DNA of 63,951 nucleotides, counting the filler. It is 7 parts of 7 records of this genome, joined end to end, with 100 filler letters (N's around TTAATTAATTAA, not from the genome) between each part and the next. Parts side by side here need not be neighbours in the genome. Positions count along the whole stretch, not along the records: positions 55,814 to 63,951 come from SRR20825006_2325; 6 more parts are not named here. The stretch is one strand, 5' to 3'. Positions 63,719-63,951 of the stretch are shown one piece after another. A program made the translations under genes and the position numbers. The first letter of the stretch is position 1. Each line of letters opens with the position of its first letter. The notes beneath the pieces are model-generated. The model ran no database searches. It saw only the letters and a program-made list of their open reading frames with translations, and was not told the origin of the DNA.

Positions 63719-63951
63719 GAGTATCAAACAGTTGCGTATTATTTAGAAAGATGGTATGTTTGTAGTTCGCTCTTTTATTTTTTTGCAACCAAATATATGT
63801 TCTAGTGGCTTTATTTATCACAATTGCTAGACTTGTGCATTTTTCCTTATATTTTTTAGATTTTTTTTGATCTTTAAAAGGATAGTTTTCAAGGGCTTAT
63901 TTATTCTTGAAAAAAACATTCAAAAAAAAGCATATAATAAGTTTGTGGGAA

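Overview
This window is not one locus. It is seven unrelated contigs joined by six 100-nt artificial linkers (N44-TTAATTAATTAA-N44, stops in all six frames). Contigs: (1) 1-9943 Flavobacteriaceae-like housekeeping DNA (uxs, icmF-like, purU, pyrF, prfA); (2) 10044-19104 a ~9 kb integrative element bounded by tRNA-Leu(TAA) 3' repeats; (3) 19205-32759 Rhodobacteraceae-like (tRNA-Arg, rpmH-rnpA-yidD-ttcA-EAL-yidC-engB-argB-sixA, phnFGHI); (4) 32860-42684 Flavobacteriaceae-like (uvrC, patatin, hmgA, hppD, TDO, M23, pgi); (5) 42785-47894 alphaproteobacterial arsenic-resistance cluster (arsJ, gapdh, acr3, arsC, two arsR, arsP, prfC); (6) 47995-55713 Flavobacteriaceae-like (small lipopeptide + TPR histidine kinase + response regulator, TPP riboswitch, thiS-thiC); (7) 55814-63951 Flavobacteriaceae-like housekeeping. 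The strongest novelty candidate is contig 2. It is a capsid-less, phage-satellite-like element (tyrosine integrase, LOTUS protein, HTH protein, AlpA, P2 gpA-type rolling-circle initiator with a P2-like origin). Its cargo is a four-gene cassette: GNAT acetyltransferase, ImmA/IrrE Zn-peptidase, beta-family protein and a convergent sce7726/cII-like nuclease-fold protein. This looks like a variant of the P4 Gop-beta-cII anti-phage module with Gop replaced by a GNAT/peptidase pair. All family calls come from motif recognition by eye; no database searches were run, and taxonomic labels are inferences.
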